Assembly (NCBI GenBank): GCA_051531975.1
Contig: JAOPTT010000006.1
Span: 32,656-96,655 of the forward strand
DNA from: Spirochaetaceae bacterium
GTDB lineage: Bacteria > Spirochaetota > Spirochaetia > DSM-2461
Reading direction: 5' to 3'
Length of the DNA stretch: 64,000 nucleotides
In this document: one piece after another, positions 59,796 to 64,000 of the stretch
How the letters are laid out: each line of letters begins with the position of its first letter
Numbering within the stretch: the stretch's first letter is position 1
Program-made: the position numbers and the translations under genes
Notes under the pieces: generated by a model
Told to the model about the DNA's origin: nothing
Database searches by the model: none
What the model saw: the letters and a program-made list of their open reading frames with translations, nothing else

Positions 59796-61145
59796 TTATT
59801 CTATTGTCTCTTTGTCTTTAATTGTTGTTTGTAATTCAAGAGATTGCTCAGCAAGATCCTTCATTCTAATTGCAGGGTCAAATTTTTCATCTAATTTAAT
59901 ACACTTTTCCCATATTTTTATAGCATCATTTATTTTGCCTTCTGAGAAAAGTTGTAGTCCTTTTACATACAATTCTTGTATTTGCTCTCTTTTTTCCATC
60001 CTCTGATAGTCACCAAGATTAAGTTTCATTTCTATACTGTAACGATTTAATGGAGTTTCAGGTAACAAATCTAATGAGTAATTGATTGCAAATATAAACT
60101 CATTTTTAGACTCTTCAACTTCTCTTTCAACTTTCACACTTTCACCATGTTTTTTACGATAGTTAATTTCAGTACCAATTGTAATTCTTGGGCTACTTGT
60201 TCTATATAAAAAACCTCCATGAATAGAAGCAATATCGATTATTTTAACATCAAATCCAAATGCGTGGTGGAATCCCTCTCCTTCAGAAATATTCCATTCA
60301 AATGATTCATAATTTCCATCTGCATCAAGAGCAGGGCCATCATGTAGATTAAATTTATAGGCTAAGTCATAAGAGAGAGTTAATAATTCTATAGGTGAAT
60401 AGGCGAATCCTACATTTGCAGAAGATGGAAGTGGGTCAGGGCCGTCTATAAACTCCCGACCTATATTCATTGCTGATAGACCAATAGAAAAATTTCTATT
60501 TCTAGAACTATAAAATTTAAAAAGATTAAACTCTGTTAAAACTCCAATATCAAAAAAAAGAGCTAGGGATGATTGGTCATCTACATCCAGATGGTCATAT
60601 ACATCTGGAACACTTCTATAGGCAAGGTTTACACTTGTTCCAAGTGATATTCCTGAAAAATCAAAACCTCTTAATAAATTCACAGATACGTTATTTTTTA
60701 AAATAAACTCTGAGTAAATTCCCGAATTACTTCTTTCAGCCCAGTCATTAACTCCAGTAAATCCAACATGTAACCATTTTCCCTGAAAACCATAACCTAA
60801 ATCACCATTTCTACCAGTAAAAGCTATTGTTTCCATAGTTACATCTTCAATGAATTCATTATGAAAAAAAGAGATTTCTGAAATATCTAATCTGGAACTA
60901 ACCGATGGATTTGCATTAAAGAATCCTATGTCATTTGGCATTCCTGTGAAAGCAGTTCCCATACCTTCATATTTCCCACCAGGAGGTATATATAACGTTA
61001 AAAAAGCATTTAAACCACTATTATCATTTATCCCAGAATCATCTACGAAAAGCTCATACATTGTGTTATAAAGTTCTTCAGTCTCTTCTGAAAAGAGAAA
61101 ACAAATGAGAAAATTAAATGTTAATACAAAAATGAGTCTTTTCAT
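59796..61145 (-). CDS. UPF0164 family (FadL/PorV-like) outer membrane protein with C-terminal TPR
   Basis: FLTLYIPPGGKYEGMGTAFT...FFNANPS...SFFHN signature; C-terminal LYVKGL...AIKIWEKCIKLDEKFDPA TPR. Confidence 0.8.
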   Translation of the reverse strand: MKRLIFVLTFNFLICFLFSEETEELYNTMYELFVDDSGINDNSGLNAFLTLYIPPGGKYEGMGTAFTGMPNDIGFFNANPSVSSRLDISEISFFHNEFIEDVTMETIAFTGRNGDLGYGFQGKWLHVGFTGVNDWAERSNSGIYSEFILKNNVSVNLLRGFDFSGISLGTSVNLAYRSVPDVYDHLDVDDQSSLALFFDIGVLTEFNLFKFYSSRNRNFSIGLSAMNIGREFIDGPDPLPSSANVGFAYSPIELLTLSYDLAYKFNLHDGPALDADGNYESFEWNISEGEGFHHAFGFDVKIIDIASIHGGFLYRTSSPRITIGTEINYRKKHGESVKVEREVEESKNEFIFAINYSLDLLPETPLNRYSIEMKLNLGDYQRMEKREQIQELYVKGLQLFSEGKINDAIKIWEKCIKLDEKFDPAIRMKDLAEQSLELQTTIKDKETIE

Positions 61146-61256
61146 TATCCCCCGTAGTTAATTCCCTTCCACAATGTGCCGTAAATACATATAATGAAAC
61201 TATCGTCATATATATTATATATTATAAAACAAATCTTGACAGGAGTTCTTAAATAG

Positions 61257-64000
61257 ATGAAGAAATTATTAATATTATTGTTAATTATATTCTTATCTAC
61301 TACTCTTGTCTATTCTAAAGGTAGTGGAGAAGAAAGTACTCTAGAAATAGCCAATACTTTAATAGAAGATAAAAAATATAATGAAGCTCTTGCAATGTTA
61401 TATTCATACGCAGCTGAGAATCCTAAAGCTATCTACGATGTTCAAATACTTATAGATGAAATTAAAACAAAAAGGGAAGAAAGCAATGCCATTTTAGACG
61501 AATTTTTTACAGCCTTATATGACAACCAAGATTTTGAAACCGCTGAGAAACTTCTAAAAGAGTTTGATGAAAAAAATCCTTATCCAGATGATTTAACTAA
61601 AAAACTACTAAAAAATGCTAGGTCCGGTACACAATTTGTTATTAATCAAAAAAGATTTAAAGAATATATGGATGAAGCTCTTGTTCATTTAGAAGCAAAA
61701 GAATTTAATCTAGCTTTAGATAAATATCTATTATGTTTAGATTTCCATTCAGATGAATTTGATCTATTAATTGAAACTAGTTCCACAGATAGTTTAGAAG
61801 AAATTGACTTAGAAAATATAGATCAGGATCTACCTGTTGATCGATATTATGCTACCTTAAGGAATAGTTCATTTAAAGAGAGGGATTTAATAACAAGTCA
61901 AACTGAAGATTTAAAATTAAATTTAGAAATATTTATAGAATCATATAATGAAAGTATTAAACTTATTCAATCAGAAGTTATAGATAAAGATGTTTTAGAT
62001 AATAAATTGAAAATATTTAAGGTTATTCCAAGTATATTAAACAGTTATTATAAAAGAAAAGAACAACTAGAACAATACAATGATCTGTTTACAAGACTTA
62101 CTACTGATGATACACCAAGTAAGTTTATATCCTATGCATCTTTAACATTATCAGGCCGTAAAAATACTGAAGAAGGATTTATATATTTAATAAATAAATT
62201 ATACCCTATTTATATCGATGATATAATTACAAAAATTGATACAAAAATAGATTTAGATTTTAAGTTAGCTGTTAATTTATATAATTCAGCTAATTATGAT
62301 GAAGCTATAAAAAGTTTTAATAACATCATAAATAGTTATAGCGCTTTAAATAGCAGTGCTTCTTTATGGAAGTCATTTATAAAAATTGATGATAATTTCA
62401 ACATAACAAATGCGGATACTTTAATAAATAAATATAACTATATTGGTGATTCTCAAATTGGAACAAAGGTCATTAAATCTTATATCGGATTAGCAAATTA
62501 TTTAAAAGGTGTAGATGATGATTCAAATATTAGTGACCTTGAAAATTATCGTACTTTTATAGTTTCACAAATGAGTGAAATAGAAGAGGAAAATAAATTA
62601 TGGTCCATAGAGGTTAATAAGATATCAAACAGAGATGTATTAACTTATGCCAATGCACCTAATTTAGTCTCTAATTTACAGATAGAATATAGCAGAGTAA
62701 AAAATCTATTTATAGATAAGGAAATATTACTAGTAGATAAAATAACAAGCAATTATTATGTAGATATTTTTGGTTTCGATATCGATCAGGGTAATAGTGA
62801 TATTGATGCTATGGGAGAAGTTATTGCAAATGCGGCACTACCTACAGATTTAGAAGAGGTTATAGATGTATATTTTGGTATAAATAATACAGATCAGCGT
62901 AGTTTAACAACATATAATCCCGAGACAGCCCTAACTAATTTAACTAAAATAGAAGATGAATATATAACCTTTGTTGATAAAATTGAGAACTACATTAATA
63001 AATTTGAAAATGAAAAATCTTACATAAAATCTAACAATAATTTTAATCTTAGATATCAAAGTGTTTCAAATGCATTTGGTTTAGCAAATAGTAATAAGGA
63101 ATCGTTAATAACTTATTCTACAAATGCTATCGATAAGATTACTTTATCTAAAGAGTCAGAAAATAGGGGAACAACACTGTATAATAGTGCCCTAAATTCT
63201 TTTAGACAGGAAAAATTTAACGAAGCCCGTAGTTTTATAGATAATGGAATTAACGTATCAGAGGTTGCTATATCCTATAGTAAAAATAGTTATGTTATAG
63301 ATGAACTAATTCCTCTGTTTTACAATTTATCCGAAGATATTAACCAAGAAGAGGCTAGGATTGTTATTAGAGATGTTAGAAAGTTAATAACAAGTGGAAA
63401 AGCCCAATATTTAGAAGGAGCTTATATTCCTGCATCAAATTTGTTTAAAGAAGCTGAACTTAAATGGGCAGGAACTAATGTTGATTCTCACCCTGAAATC
63501 CCATATTGGTTAGCATTAATTAGAGATGCATTGGATATTGAGTCTGGTAGATATTTATCAATTACAGAACCACTATATAGTATTCTTGCTGGTTATATAA
63601 GTTTTGCAGAAAATTATTATAGAACCGGATTATTACAAGAAAATAAGGTTGAAAAATTAAAATCTTTTGCTATTGCAGATAGTTATTTAGAAAAAGTACT
63701 ACAGGTTAGAGCATTAAATGAGAGAGCTCGATTTTTACGGTTACAAGTTTTAAAATCAAAAGATCCTGAAGCATTTAAAGCTACTTTTAGTAATAGTTTT
63801 ATTGGGTATAGAAATGATATTGTTAGAGCCATAGAAAACAATAAATCATTAGCTACTAGTACAGTTATGGCTACTTTAGGAAACTACGAAGCAATTGTTA
63901 TAGATGCATATCTGCCAAGGCCTAGATTATCTGGAAGTCGAAGACGGAATTTATTAGAACGATTTTATAAGCAGTCCAATCAGTCAGCAAGTCAAAGAAT
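61257..64000 (+). CDS. Large exported TPR-containing hypothetical protein, 3'-truncated
   Basis: AGGAG then ATG 61257: MKKLLILLLIIFLSTTLVYSKGSGEE signal peptide, ANTLIEDKKYNEALAML TPR-like. Frame checked open at both ends; absence from the ORF track is consistent with running off the window. Confidence 0.8.
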   Translation, partial: MKKLLILLLIIFLSTTLVYSKGSGEESTLEIANTLIEDKKYNEALAMLYSYAAENPKAIYDVQILIDEIKTKREESNAILDEFFTALYDNQDFETAEKLLKEFDEKNPYPDDLTKKLLKNARSGTQFVINQKRFKEYMDEALVHLEAKEFNLALDKYLLCLDFHSDEFDLLIETSSTDSLEEIDLENIDQDLPVDRYYATLRNSSFKERDLITSQTEDLKLNLEIFIESYNESIKLIQSEVIDKDVLDNKLKIFKVIPSILNSYYKRKEQLEQYNDLFTRLTTDDTPSKFISYASLTLSGRKNTEEGFIYLINKLYPIYIDDIITKIDTKIDLDFKLAVNLYNSANYDEAIKSFNNIINSYSALNSSASLWKSFIKIDDNFNITNADTLINKYNYIGDSQIGTKVIKSYIGLANYLKGVDDDSNISDLENYRTFIVSQMSEIEEENKLWSIEVNKISNRDVLTYANAPNLVSNLQIEYSRVKNLFIDKEILLVDKITSNYYVDIFGFDIDQGNSDIDAMGEVIANAALPTDLEEVIDVYFGINNTDQRSLTTYNPETALTNLTKIEDEYITFVDKIENYINKFENEKSYIKSNNNFNLRYQSVSNAFGLANSNKESLITYSTNAIDKITLSKESENRGTTLYNSALNSFRQEKFNEARSFIDNGINVSEVAISYSKNSYVIDELIPLFYNLSEDINQEEARIVIRDVRKLITSGKAQYLEGAYIPASNLFKEAELKWAGTNVDSHPEIPYWLALIRDALDIESGRYLSITEPLYSILAGYISFAENYYRTGLLQENKVEKLKSFAIADSYLEKVLQVRALNERARFLRLQVLKSKDPEAFKATFSNSFIGYRNDIVRAIENNKSLATSTVMATLGNYEAIVIDAYLPRPRLSGSRRRNLLERFYKQSNQSASQR

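Noticed and set aside
453..60006. Many 60-145 aa antisense or alternative-frame ORFs in the track (e.g. 6005-6406, 18882-19316, 32014-32439, 38231-38593)
   Set aside because: They lie largely within well-supported genes, show no recognisable motifs and have the composition of reverse-strand shadows.
1..64000. CRISPR arrays, tRNA/rRNA, IS elements, prophage or clear defence systems
   Set aside because: Intergenic gaps are all short, and I saw no spaced direct repeats, transposase, integrase or structural RNA signatures by eye.

Overview
AT-rich bacterial chromosomal segment. Gene content (tmk next to tamB-bamA-skp, a UPF0164 protein, a stand-alone FlgJ rod-binding domain, BamA 'GRGW' motif) suggests a free-living spirochaete; this is inference. 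About 1-19.8 kb is a signalling region: three sensor kinases, cheD, an ECF sigma/anti-sigma/ybjQ operon, gpx, rhlE, a cheY-mcp-cheW-STAS-cheA-cheR-cheB operon and two copies of a cheY + atypical MCP-like module. About 20-31 kb holds argE-like, lrp-gcvT-gcvH-gcvPA-gcvPB, a PHP hydrolase and two 7TM-DISM class III nucleotide cyclases. About 31-64 kb is mostly core: yebC-ruvCAB-queA, tmk, exbB-exbD-tonB-tamB-bamA-skp, flgJ-like, tsaD, apt, carAB, lipoproteins, an MCP, an ankyrin protein, UPF0164 and a large TPR protein running off the end. I found no rRNA, tRNA, CRISPR or mobile element. The best candidate for an undescribed system is the overlapping cyclase pair at 26795-30717. One gene keeps only the metal-binding aspartates; the other keeps the Lys/Thr/Asn/Arg set. 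This points to an obligate heterodimeric C1/C2-like receptor cyclase. Also notable: a tandem MshEN-like motif in CheA, a CheZ-like DxxxQ motif in the duplicated MCP-like proteins, a sigma54 promoter with 21-bp phased upstream sites, a Ton motor coupled to tamB-bamA, an unannotated 59-aa ORF coupled to tsaD, and a TIR-like ankyrin protein.
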